NCBI GenBank assembly: GCA_965215195.1
Contig: CBDCDC010000001.1
Coordinates: 672,001 to 736,000, forward strand
DNA length: 64,000 nucleotides
Reading direction: 5' to 3'
DNA from: Candidatus Latescibacterota bacterium
GTDB lineage: Bacteria; Latescibacterota; UBA2968; UBA8231
Shown here: positions 50,474 to 59,994 of the stretch, piece by piece
Position numbering within the stretch: the first letter of the stretch is position 1
Layout of the letters: each line of letters begins with the position of its first letter
Translations under genes and position numbers: made by a program
Notes under the pieces: generated by a model
Databases searched by the model: none
Seen by the model: only the letters and a program-made list of their open reading frames with translations
What the model was told of the DNA's origin: nothing

Positions 50474-52195
50474 ATGGCTATTACATCTATTACCATAGAA
50501 AATTTTAAGTGCATCGGCGACGCCGTGACCATTCCCATTCGCCCGATAACGTTGCTGTTTGGCAAAAACAGTTCGGGCAAGTCGACGGTATTGCAGGCGC
50601 TGCACTATATGCGCGAAGTATGGGAACACGGAGGAGCCGATGCAGACCGTACATCCATAGGTGGAGACTACATTGACTTGGGTGGTTTTAGTTCTTTGGT
50701 GCACCTTCATGATCTGAATCGGAAAATCCGTATTCGCGTTGAATTTGACCTAACCATCAGAGACTCGAAAAAATTGAATCATTTTTTGAACCATGAGACA
50801 GAGCCGAATTCCATGTGGATAGAAGCGGTAACAAGTTGGGATGCAAAAAGACGTAGTGTTTGTACCGAATTGTATAGTCATGGACTTAATGGCACAGAGT
50901 GGATTCGTATATATCCTATATATCCAATGAAAATGCTAGATACAAAATCCAGCTATACGATTGACCCGAATGGCGCAAAATGGCATCACTTAAGTAAGGG
51001 TTCGTTTCTAAATAGTAAGCATCCATATAGTAAGCATCCAATAACAGGTGATTATTTAGAAATAGAAATGCTGGAAATAGCATTATCTATCCTGAATGAA
51101 ATATCAAAAAAAGAATTGTATGACATACGATATTTGGGACCCATTCGGGAGTTACCAGATCGTGACTATTGTCCGCAAAAGACGCCTGATGAATCGCTGT
51201 GGTACAAAGGGTTAGAGGCATGGAATACACTCGGAAGAAATCCTCAATTAACCAACCGAATAAACGACTATATGCTAGATGTTTTGAAACTCGGATACAG
51301 TATTAGTCGGAAGGAAATTATCTCTCTTGATAGAGCTGGCGAGATCATGGAAAATCTGGAAAAAATTTGTACCTCTAAAAATAAAAAAATTGAACCTAAT
51401 GATCTAAAAAAGCAAGTTTATGATCCTATCAAACAATTATCTCCCCAAATTAGAGTGAAACTCCATAATGAAAAAAATGATGTTGACTTGGATGCTGTAG
51501 ACGTAGGTCTTGGTATTTCCCAAGTTATTCCGGTTTTGGTAGGTGCTCTTCATCACGGCGTTCCAGATCCAAATCGGTACGATGGGAGTCAAATAGTAGG
51601 GAAATTTTTTTTGGTTGAACAGCCTGAACTCCATTTACATCCTGCTGCTCAGGTGGCTTTGGGTGACGTGTTCATAGACTGCATAAGAAATCCTGTTCGA
51701 GAATTAAAAGAGGCCTTTGAAAGTTCGGAAGAAGAGGGTGCTCAAGACAACTACAATATTGAAGAGTATGCAAATAAATGGATGAAATTCATGACAGAAA
51801 ACATAGATCATCCTCGTATTAAAAAATTGATTGAAAGTACGGGAGAAAACAGACTTGATAAAGCAGCAGTTGCTATCTTGCGTATGTTTCCTAGTAATCC
51901 TGTTAAGTATGAAAAATTTTCTAATGACTTACTTCGCGGTCGAACGCTGCTCATTGAAACGCATTCTGAGCACTTGCTGTTGCGATTGCTGCGACGTGTG
52001 CATGAAACCTCTAGCACACATGTTGATACAAAATACAAGTTGACTCCTAACGACTTATCTGTAGTCTATGTTCAGCCAACGCCAACAGGTTCCAAATTCG
52101 TCCCTGTCTCTGTAACGGATGACGGTGATTTTGATGAACCTTGGCCAGAAGGATTTTTTGAAGAACGAGACTCGGAATTATTTTATCATGCTTAA
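50474..52195 (+). CDS. ABC-type ATPase (AAA_15/AAA_21) with C-terminal DUF3696-like domain
   Basis: IENFKCI, FGKNSSGKST, VGLGISQVIP, VEQPELHLHP, IETHSEH, DGDFDEPWPEGFFE; AT-rich. Confidence 0.88.
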   Translation: MAITSITIENFKCIGDAVTIPIRPITLLFGKNSSGKSTVLQALHYMREVWEHGGADADRTSIGGDYIDLGGFSSLVHLHDLNRKIRIRVEFDLTIRDSKKLNHFLNHETEPNSMWIEAVTSWDAKRRSVCTELYSHGLNGTEWIRIYPIYPMKMLDTKSSYTIDPNGAKWHHLSKGSFLNSKHPYSKHPITGDYLEIEMLEIALSILNEISKKELYDIRYLGPIRELPDRDYCPQKTPDESLWYKGLEAWNTLGRNPQLTNRINDYMLDVLKLGYSISRKEIISLDRAGEIMENLEKICTSKNKKIEPNDLKKQVYDPIKQLSPQIRVKLHNEKNDVDLDAVDVGLGISQVIPVLVGALHHGVPDPNRYDGSQIVGKFFLVEQPELHLHPAAQVALGDVFIDCIRNPVRELKEAFESSEEEGAQDNYNIEEYANKWMKFMTENIDHPRIKKLIESTGENRLDKAAVAILRMFPSNPVKYEKFSNDLLRGRTLLIETHSEHLLLRLLRRVHETSSTHVDTKYKLTPNDLSVVYVQPTPTGSKFVPVSVTDDGDFDEPWPEGFFEERDSELFYHA

Positions 52196-53135
52196 CGTTT
52201 TTGCTCTTGATCCAAAAATAATTCGAGATAGGGAACAGTTTCGATATTGTACGGAGCACTGTCATCCATCGAAAGGACGATTAATTGCAGATCTGCCACT
52301 AGGCTCTTGGCTAGCAATAACGGAGGAGTATCTTAATCAACTAAAGGAGCGTCCGAAAGAAAGAAAACGATCGAAAAGAACGCTGGAAAAGATGCGGTCA
52401 CAACTGGTGAAACGTCCGGGAACTAATTGGAATTTTCATGAACCCTCTTGGCTTACTAATACAGAGAACGAACATCGGAGAGAGCCTTTTTCTTTAGTTA
52501 TCAGTCCTGACTACGGTGAGCCTGACGATCAGGAGCTAAAGTACCCTCCTAGTGAACTCGATTCTGAAGTAAACGCTTGGAATACGCCTAGTGGTGTTCA
52601 AATTAATCGAAGTCCAAAAAAATTTGTGAAAGTCATCTTACCAATGCTTCGACTTGCTAAGGAGATCAATTTTGTAGATCGATCTTTCAACATAGATGCT
52701 AACAGCTTATATACCAGAAATTACCAGCAGATTATCAAGGAGCTAGCCATATACCACAATTCATTTTCTTCTTTTCCAGAAAAACTGAAAATACATTGTT
52801 GTCCAGACAACGCTCCTAAAAGAGAATACTTTGAAGATGGCCTAAAAGAACGTTACGCTCACTTAATACCAACAGGAAAATCTATAAAGGTCTTCTTATG
52901 GGAAACAAAAATCAGACCACCACGAGGAGCTCATCCTTTTCACAATCGCTATGTTCTATCTGATCATTGCGGCGTAATAGTAGGATATGGTACTGATAGC
53001 ACAGGACAAGAGACTGATGCACCAGATACTCTTCAGATTGTTGACGAAACGATATATAAAGACATATGGAAAATCCGAAAAGGAAAATGGCCACCTGGAG
53101 CTGAAATAAAAGAAAAATTTGAGATTAGTGGTTAA
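52188..53135 (+). CDS. ATPase-coupled hypothetical protein, possible PLD-like nuclease C-terminal domain
   Basis: 8-nt overlap with the ATPase; INFVDRSF...FHNRYVLSD...GYG; AT-rich. Confidence 0.6.
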   Translation: MLNVFALDPKIIRDREQFRYCTEHCHPSKGRLIADLPLGSWLAITEEYLNQLKERPKERKRSKRTLEKMRSQLVKRPGTNWNFHEPSWLTNTENEHRREPFSLVISPDYGEPDDQELKYPPSELDSEVNAWNTPSGVQINRSPKKFVKVILPMLRLAKEINFVDRSFNIDANSLYTRNYQQIIKELAIYHNSFSSFPEKLKIHCCPDNAPKREYFEDGLKERYAHLIPTGKSIKVFLWETKIRPPRGAHPFHNRYVLSDHCGVIVGYGTDSTGQETDAPDTLQIVDETIYKDIWKIRKGKWPPGAEIKEKFEISG

Positions 53136-53187
53136 TACCTTTGGAAAATAGAGATTTATTGCTAATGCCGGATTGGGAAATACCCCC

Positions 53188-54030
53188 TCACCCCCGAAAC
53201 GCATCCCCCTCCCCCTCGGCCCGATGCCGATAGAGCAGCTTGACCGCCTCCGGCAGGGCCTCGTAGGTCGCCCGCGGCACAATCGCATTGTTGCGCCCGC
53301 CAAACTCCACGCTCAACCACCACGGACAATAGCGCGTGATGATCGCCACTCGCGGCTCCGGGCTGGGATTGGCTGCGGTCGAATGCCATATCCGACTGTC
53401 CATCACCAGCGCACTGCCCTCCGGGCCGACGACTTGGATCTCCCCGCGAATCGGCTTGAACTGATCGATCCGCTCCTTTAGTCCTTCGGGCGTCTGGTGC
53501 ATCCGCGGGTTGAGCGAGTCGCGGTGACTGCGCGGCACCACCCACGTCCCGCCCGTGTCTGGGCCAAACGGCGACAGCATCCACAGCACCGATAGCTGCA
53601 TGGTCGCGTCCGGGAAGGGCTGTGCCACCCGGCCGGCAAAGTCCCTATCGGTCAGGTCGTGCGGCCAATCCGAGTGAAAGCCGCGCCAGTCCAAGTCCTC
53701 GCGGTTGGGCACTTGCGTCTTAAACTCGGTCTGCGCGATCCGCACGTGCCCCCCAAAAACCGCCCGCGCCACCCCCAACAAACGCTCGTCGCCCAGATAC
53801 GGAGCAAACTCCGGCAAATACGCGATCAGGCAAACGCCCGACTCGCCATGGGGGCCGGTCTGCCGCCCGATGTGCCCGCCCATGGCCTCGTAGTCCTGCC
53901 GCGCCTTTTCGTGCGCTTCTTGCACGTGCGCCCGCACTCGGTCTATGGCGTCCGCCGGAATAATCCGCTCCAAGACGCACCAACCCTCGCGGCGCAATTG
54001 ATCCACTTTTTCCTTTATCTCAGCGTCCAT
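53188..54030 (-). CDS. Phytanoyl-CoA dioxygenase (PhyH) family protein
   Basis: EGWCVLERII, FHSDWP, GGTWVVPRSH, IWH. Confidence 0.9.
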   Translation of the reverse strand: MDAEIKEKVDQLRREGWCVLERIIPADAIDRVRAHVQEAHEKARQDYEAMGGHIGRQTGPHGESGVCLIAYLPEFAPYLGDERLLGVARAVFGGHVRIAQTEFKTQVPNREDLDWRGFHSDWPHDLTDRDFAGRVAQPFPDATMQLSVLWMLSPFGPDTGGTWVVPRSHRDSLNPRMHQTPEGLKERIDQFKPIRGEIQVVGPEGSALVMDSRIWHSTAANPSPEPRVAIITRYCPWWLSVEFGGRNNAIVPRATYEALPEAVKLLYRHRAEGEGDAFRG

Positions 54031-54122
54031 ACGACCTTCCATTTCTCGGTTGCCCAAGCAATTGCGTACTGCTATACTAGACCCACTCGCGGACGAATCC
54101 CACCCTTTCCCCGGGCTTTCCC

Positions 54123-55391
54123 ATGCACATCACCGACATCGAAATCCACGCCATCTGCCCGCCGTATTGCGACTTCAACGCCCCGCCACTGGCCCGCTAC
54201 CACGGCGCACACATCCAACGCCGCGCCATCGTCGTCGTCCACGTGGACAACGGCCTAGAGGGCCTCGGCGAGAACATCGGCGACGCACCCGATGGCGATG
54301 CCTTCCGCGCAAAATACATCGGCACCTCGCCCTTTGACTGGATCAACGCCGAGCAGGACCTCGCCATGAACATGGCCTGCTACGACCTAATGGGCAAGCA
54401 CCTCGGCATTCCCGCGTGGAAGCTGATCGGCCCCAAGGTCCGCTCGTGGATCCCGGTCGCCGCTTGGACCGTGGCGCAGGCCCCGGACGCCATGGCCGAA
54501 GAAGTGCGCCAAGCCGCCGCCCGCGGCTACCACTGGATCAAGTACCACGTCGATGAAATGCAGGACGTCATCGCCCAGACCGAGGCCATGCAGGAGGCCG
54601 CCCCGCCCTATTTCAAGGTCCACTACGACTTCAACGCCAACAGCAACTACTACACCATGCGCCCCATTCTCGCCGAGCTGGTCAAATTCCGGGTCGCCGG
54701 CCGCTTTGAAGACGTAGTCCAAGGCACGGACGAAGATGCCTACCGCATGTTGCGCGAGCAGTGCCCGCTGCCCATCATCGGCCACCACGTCCCGCCCGAA
54801 GCCATGACCAAGCGCTACGTCGATGGGACCATGGCCGGGCACGCCCCCATCGGCAGTGCAATCAAAGCAGCCGCCATTGCCGAGCGGCTCAACATGCCCC
54901 TCATGTACCAACAGACCGGCGGTGCGATCAACCAAGCCTTCTTGGCCCACGAAGTCGCGGTGTTCAAAATGGCCACCATCGACCACGTCAATTGCTGCCA
55001 CCTGTGGCGGGAGGACGTCGTCGCAGACCCCATGCCTGTAATCGACGGCAGCGTGGCCGTGCCCCAAGGACCGGGCCTCGGGATCGAACTCGATCGCGCA
55101 CAATTGGAAAAATGGGCCAGCGCGGCCCCGGTCGATAAAGGCCGCTTCTTGGTCCGCATCCGCTCCGCCGGCGGCCTCACCGCGTATCTGCGCCACGATC
55201 CCGAGCCGAGCGGCTCTACTGACAATCTGCGCTTCCACGACCGCTTGCACCGCCAAGGCATCCCCGGGCGGCCCCCTTCGTACGCCAACCCGCTCACCAC
55301 CGAATTCTGGGACGCGGACCAAGACCCCGAGCACTTTGAGGAACTGTGGCAGGCTACGGCCGACGGCCCTTTATGGAAAGAGGAATTGTAG
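54123..55391 (+). CDS. Mandelate racemase/muconate lactonizing enzyme family protein
   Basis: GLEGLGE, MACYDLMGKHLGIPAWKLIG, YDFN, VPQGPGLGIELD. Confidence 0.88.
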   Translation: MHITDIEIHAICPPYCDFNAPPLARYHGAHIQRRAIVVVHVDNGLEGLGENIGDAPDGDAFRAKYIGTSPFDWINAEQDLAMNMACYDLMGKHLGIPAWKLIGPKVRSWIPVAAWTVAQAPDAMAEEVRQAAARGYHWIKYHVDEMQDVIAQTEAMQEAAPPYFKVHYDFNANSNYYTMRPILAELVKFRVAGRFEDVVQGTDEDAYRMLREQCPLPIIGHHVPPEAMTKRYVDGTMAGHAPIGSAIKAAAIAERLNMPLMYQQTGGAINQAFLAHEVAVFKMATIDHVNCCHLWREDVVADPMPVIDGSVAVPQGPGLGIELDRAQLEKWASAAPVDKGRFLVRIRSAGGLTAYLRHDPEPSGSTDNLRFHDRLHRQGIPGRPPSYANPLTTEFWDADQDPEHFEELWQATADGPLWKEEL

Positions 55392-56201
55392 ATGAACGAA
55401 AACGAAAAGTATTTCTTCGATCTCAACGGCTACATCGTCGTGCGCAACGTCTTGTCCGCCGAGGACATCGCGCTGGCCAACGAGGCCATTGACCGCCATG
55501 CCGAGCAAATCCACGAGCGCACGGGCGAACTGTCGCTATCGGCTGGCTCCAAGGCGCTCGAAGGGAGCACCGGACGCGGCGACCTCGGCGGCGCGCTCGC
55601 ATGGCCTGATCCCCACGGCCGTCCTTTCCGCGACATGCTGGTCAATCCCAAGGTGGTGCCCTATCTGCACGAGATTTTGGGCACCGGCTTTCGCCTCGAC
55701 CACAATCTCGGCATCATCACCATGCGCAAAGGGGCCGAAGGCCACCTCCTGCACGGATCGTCTGGCCCCAGCTTTGACCGCCACCAGTACTACATCTTCA
55801 AAGACGGCAAAATGCACAACGGCCTGACCGTGGCCGCGTACCAGCTCGCGGACGTGAACGCTGGCGACGGGGGCTTGTGCCTGATCCCAGGCAGCCACAA
55901 GGGCAACTATCCCTGCCCGATGGCGCTCCGGCGCGGCGAGGCGTACCGCGAATTCATCAAGCAGATTACCTGCAACGCCGGCGACTGCGTCCTCTTCACC
56001 GAGGCCACTACCCACGGCACCCTGCCTTGGACCGCCGATCACGACCGCCGCACCGCGCTCTTCCGCTTCTCCCCGGGCAACCTCGCCTACGTGGCCCACA
56101 ACTGGTCCGAAGCCATGCTCGCCCTAATGACCGACGAGCAGCGCAAAGTCCTCGAACCGCCCTATCACGCACGGTTGGACCGCCCCGTGTTGGAAGTGTA
56201 G
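55392..56201 (+). CDS. PhyH family dioxygenase-like protein
   Basis: FFDLNGYIVVRNVLS, GGLCLIPGSHK, HGTLPW. Confidence 0.88.
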   Translation: MNENEKYFFDLNGYIVVRNVLSAEDIALANEAIDRHAEQIHERTGELSLSAGSKALEGSTGRGDLGGALAWPDPHGRPFRDMLVNPKVVPYLHEILGTGFRLDHNLGIITMRKGAEGHLLHGSSGPSFDRHQYYIFKDGKMHNGLTVAAYQLADVNAGDGGLCLIPGSHKGNYPCPMALRRGEAYREFIKQITCNAGDCVLFTEATTHGTLPWTADHDRRTALFRFSPGNLAYVAHNWSEAMLALMTDEQRKVLEPPYHARLDRPVLEV

Positions 56202-56294
56202 CCGCGTCCGATGTAAAACCCGCATCGTCCAAGCAATCGCACGGCTGTCGATTAACTAGAATTTTCAACAAAAACCACAGCTTAGGGAGACCCC

Positions 56295-57128
56295 ATGACC
56301 AAACGCAAAATCGTCGTCACCGGTGCCGCCGGGTACGTCGCCGGCCGCATGCTGCCGGCCCTACAAGAACGCTACGAAACCGTTCTGCTCGATGTGAAAA
56401 CGACCAATCGCCAAGGCGAAGAAGTAGCAGGAATCCGCATCGCCGATTTGGTGAAAAAGAACCGCGAGGCGTACCGGGAACACTTCAGAGGTGCCGACGC
56501 GGTAGTTCACTGCGGCTTTGTCCGAACCGGACAGGGCGAACAGCGCTTCTGGAACGAGACCGACAATATCGCCATGGCCCACAATGTGTACCGGGTCTGC
56601 CAAGACGAAGGTGTGCGGCGAGCCGTGATCGTCAGCTCCAATCACGCAGCCGATTACTACGAGAATTTGATCTGGTCGGGGCGCATGGATTTTGTCACGC
56701 CCGATATGCTGCCGCTGTCGGACAATTTCTACGGCTGGGCCAAGGCATCGTACGAACTGCTGGGCTTCATGTTCGCCTGCGGTGCGGAAGGGCCGGCCCT
56801 CGAAAACGTGCAATTGCGAATCGGCGGCCCCCGCGAGACCGACATCGATAGCTGCGGCAACGACCTAAAGAGAATGCACCGAGGCTTGGGGGCCTACCTG
56901 AGCGTGCGCGACCAAGTGCAACTGGTCATCAAGAGCATCGAAACCGAAGACATCCGCGACGCCAACGGCGTACCCTTCCAGATTTTCTACGGCATCAGCG
57001 GCAACGCACACAATTTCTGGAGCTTGGCCAATGCCCGCCGCGTCATCGGCTACGCGCCCCAAGACGACAGCCAAGTGCGCTTTGCCGACAAAATCGCGGC
57101 GATTGCGCGGGCGGCGCAGGACGAGTAG
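56295..57128 (+). CDS. NAD-dependent epimerase/dehydratase (uronate dehydrogenase-like)
   Basis: VTGAAGYVA, VSSNHA, YGWAK, LRIG. Confidence 0.88.
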   Translation: MTKRKIVVTGAAGYVAGRMLPALQERYETVLLDVKTTNRQGEEVAGIRIADLVKKNREAYREHFRGADAVVHCGFVRTGQGEQRFWNETDNIAMAHNVYRVCQDEGVRRAVIVSSNHAADYYENLIWSGRMDFVTPDMLPLSDNFYGWAKASYELLGFMFACGAEGPALENVQLRIGGPRETDIDSCGNDLKRMHRGLGAYLSVRDQVQLVIKSIETEDIRDANGVPFQIFYGISGNAHNFWSLANARRVIGYAPQDDSQVRFADKIAAIARAAQDE

Positions 57129-57129
57129 A

Positions 57130-57336
57130 ATGAGCGAATTCGACGGCGAAATCCGCGTGGGCGCAGAAGATCTGCTAGAGTTGGTAATCGCCGTTTTCGA
57201 GCGGTGCGGCATGTCGAACGCGGACGCCGCCCTGCTGGCCGATTCGCTCGTGGACGCGGATCTGTGCGGAACCCACTCGCACGGCGTTATGCGGGTCCCC
57301 GAGTACGTGGAGAAGCTAACACTTAGAAGCTGTTGA
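57130..57336 (+). pseudogene. Ldh_2-family oxidoreductase truncated by IS
   Basis: LADSLVDADLCGTHSHGVMRVPEY, then reads into the IS end (LRSC-stop). Confidence 0.88.
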
Positions 57337-57363
57337 GTTAAAAAAGCTATCTTTGTATTTTGT

Positions 57364-58522
57364 GGAACCTCTGGTCAAGTCAGCTTTTTTAACAAAACAG
57401 AAGCCTCTGAGTGTTATATTTGCTTATAAAGTGGGAACATGGCTCTATTTTCAGGCGTGCTTCTCCCCGTTCCTCGTCCCGGTCTGCGCTCGGGACGGAC
57501 TGCTCCCTACCTCGTCGCCAATGCTCTACGCGCCAGATAGAAATTGGCCCGCGCCAACAAGGTAACGACTTGGGCGGCGTTCTTGGCCAAGCCTCGATAA
57601 CGCACCTTGCGATAGCCCCACAGGTGTTTGATGACCCCAAAGGCATGGTCAACCCGGGCTCGGACACGGTTGCTCTTTTGGTTGAACGAGCGATCGGCAC
57701 CCGTCAGCTTCCGGCTTCGGCTGGCTTTACGAAGCCCCCGCCCCTCCATACCATCCGATTCGGCGTCTGCTTTGCGTTCGGCCCTGGCATAGGCTTTAGC
57801 GCCATAGATGACCTGTTCCTCGCCGTGTAACACTCGTCCATCACCACCCAATCATGCACCGACGCCGGGGTCACCACGACGCTGTGCACCCGCCCCTGAC
57901 GATCACTGCCCCCATGTGCTTTGAGGCCAAAATACCACGTCGTCCCCTTCTTCGTAGGCCCCATCTGCGGGTCTCGTGCCTTGTCCCGGTTCTTCGTCGA
58001 AGCCGGCGCGTGAAGGATCGTCGCATCCACCATCGTGCCTTCGCGGAGTAGCATACCCCGCTCCGACAAATACGGCGCGGTGCATCGAAACAGGGCTTCC
58101 GTCAAACAATGCTTTTCTAAGAAGTGGCGGAACTTGCAGATCGTCGTCTCAGCCGGAATGCTATCCAAGGGCACGCCTGCAAAGCGGCGCATCGATTCGA
58201 CATCATACAGGCTGTCTTCCAGCGCTGGATCACTCAAGCCATACCAGTGCTGCATGAAATAGACCCGTACCATCACCGCAGCCGGGATCGGACGACGGCC
58301 ATTACCGGGTTTCGGGTACTTGCTCACAATGGGTTGGAGCAGGTCGGCCCACGGCAGCAGGTCGTTCCTCTCCGACAGAAAGCGTTCTTTGCGAGGGGGC
58401 TTCTTCTTGTAGGTGTAGGCGGCATCGGAAAAACTGAGTTGAGTCATCGCGAGTTATCGCCTTTTTTCTTAGAATATGGACTCGCAAAAAAGAACTCGAA
58501 AGAAAACTTAATCAGAGATTCC
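57364..58522 (-). mobile_element. Nested IS5-subgroup element, 1159 bp
   Basis: Inverted repeats GGAACCTCTGGTCAAGT / ACTTAATCAGAGATTCC (14/17); 4-bp target duplication TTGT at 57360-63 and 58523-26. Confidence 0.9.
57507..58447 (-). pseudogene. Degenerate IS5 transposase (frameshift near 57830)
   Basis: MTQLSF, WYGLSDPALED, VDATI, WYFGLKAH, RVRARVDHAF, KVRYRGLAKN across two frames. Confidence 0.9.
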
Positions 58523-58571
58523 TTGTATAATGTATTGCGTAATGTCTTTTTTGCGAAAGGAGGCTTTTGCT

Positions 58572-59338
58572 ATGGGCGGCTATCCCAGTGACTTGACTGA
58601 TCGAGAATGGGCGCTGCTGGCTGCGTTTTTCGACCGTCCCGATCCCCGGAGTAACCCCGGCAAGTATGAAAAACGGGCGGTGGTCAATGCCATTTTATAT
58701 GTGGTCAAAGGGGGCATTCCGTGGCGGATGCTGCCCCTTGATTTGCCGCCTTGGGATACGGTCTATGACCATTATCGGCGCTGGAATCAACGCGGCGTCT
58801 GGGAACCGGCGCTAGACGTGCTGAATGCGCATGCCCGTCAAAAGCAGGGTAAAAACGAGCCTCCTACCTATGTGTTGATCGATTCGCAATCGGTTAAAAC
58901 CCAATATGCCAGTCAAGATCGCGGCGTGGATGGGGGGAAAAGGTTAAAGGACGGAAACGCCCCCTCGCCACCGATACCCTAGGGAACATGCTGACCGTCC
59001 AAGTACATGCCGCGAATGTAGCGGATACCAGCCAAGGGTTCCACGTATGTGACCCAGTCGCAGAAAAGTATGCTTCGGTCGAAGCCTTCTCCGGCGACCA
59101 AGGCTATCGCGGAACCACCGTTGAATGCGTCGAGACCCTGTTAGGATTGCGACTCGATATAGCGGATAAACCAGCCCAAGGGTTCCACGTGGTGCCCAAA
59201 CGCTGGATTATCGAGCGGACCTTGGCGTGGCTAGGCGGATTTCGACGCTTGGCCAAGGACTTCGAAATTCTCACCCAATCCGCAGAGAACATCATTCGGA
59301 TTGCCATGATAAAGATTACCGTCGCTAAATGCATCTGA
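58572..59338 (+). CDS. IS5-family transposase split by a -1 frameshift
   Basis: YPSDLTDREW, IDSQSVK; GGGGGGAAAAG at 58932-42, where a -1 shift restores GKKVKGRKR; GDQGY, KRWIIERT. Confidence 0.88.
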
Positions 59339-59343
59339 ATAAC

Positions 59344-59994
59344 TCAACAGCTTCTGAGCAACGAGCGGCTGCGTTCTAAGGCCGCGGAAAAGTGGCCGAG
59401 GCGCAGCGTGGCTTGGAGCAACAGGTAATGCGCGTCGCGGCGCTGAGGTTGGGCGGCCAGCGCTTGGCTGCACAGGGCGGTGGCTCGCTCGAGATTCATG
59501 GTGGCGGCGGCCTGCAAGTACAGCTCGGCCAGCAGCAGGCGGCCGTCGAGCGAGTTGGGGTATTCGTCGAGAACCTCATTGACGGCGAGTTCGGCTTCGC
59601 GGGCAAACCCGCCAAAGGCGAGCAGACGCGCTTGGAGGAGGCGGGCCTCTGGCCGCTGGCGCACAGGAGCGGGCAGTTCGTCGAGGAGACGGCCCGCGCT
59701 CCGCCGCCGGCCTTGGCGGAGCAGGGCTTCGCCGCGGCGGACTTGGGCAATCGCGCTGTCGGGTGCTAGGCTGACGACGCGCTGGAAGAGTGCTGCGGCC
59801 TCGGAGAACCGCCCTTGGTGCAGCAGGCTCAGGGCCTCGGCATAGACGCGGTCGCTTTCGGGCTCGGGCGGGGCTTGGCAGCCGAGGACGAGGCCCGTCA
59901 GGTACATAGCAAAAAAAGCCCGTCCCCAACTGGTAGGGGCAACCCTTGTGGTTGCCCTCCGAGAGGAAAAACCCCGCACGGGCAACCGTCTCAC
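59344..59994 (-). pseudogene. TPR lipoprotein-like gene truncated by IS
   Basis: LVLGC, TPR repeats, reads into the IS end (LRSC-stop); alternative start ATG 59907. Confidence 0.78.
59933..59958 (+). repeat. GTAG-type REP, copy 2
   Basis: GTAGGGGCAACCCTTGTGGTTGCCCT. Confidence 0.8.

Larger units (their letters stand above)
57326..59354 (+). mobile_element. IS5-family element (IS427/IS1031-like), about 0.87 kb without the nested IS
   Basis: Perfect inverted repeats GAAGCTGTTGAGTTA/TAACTCAACAGCTTC; flanks TTA and TGA differ. Confidence 0.9.

Noticed and set aside
51014-51041. Short duplication encoding SKHPYSKHP
   Set aside because: Local in-frame slippage with no further structure.
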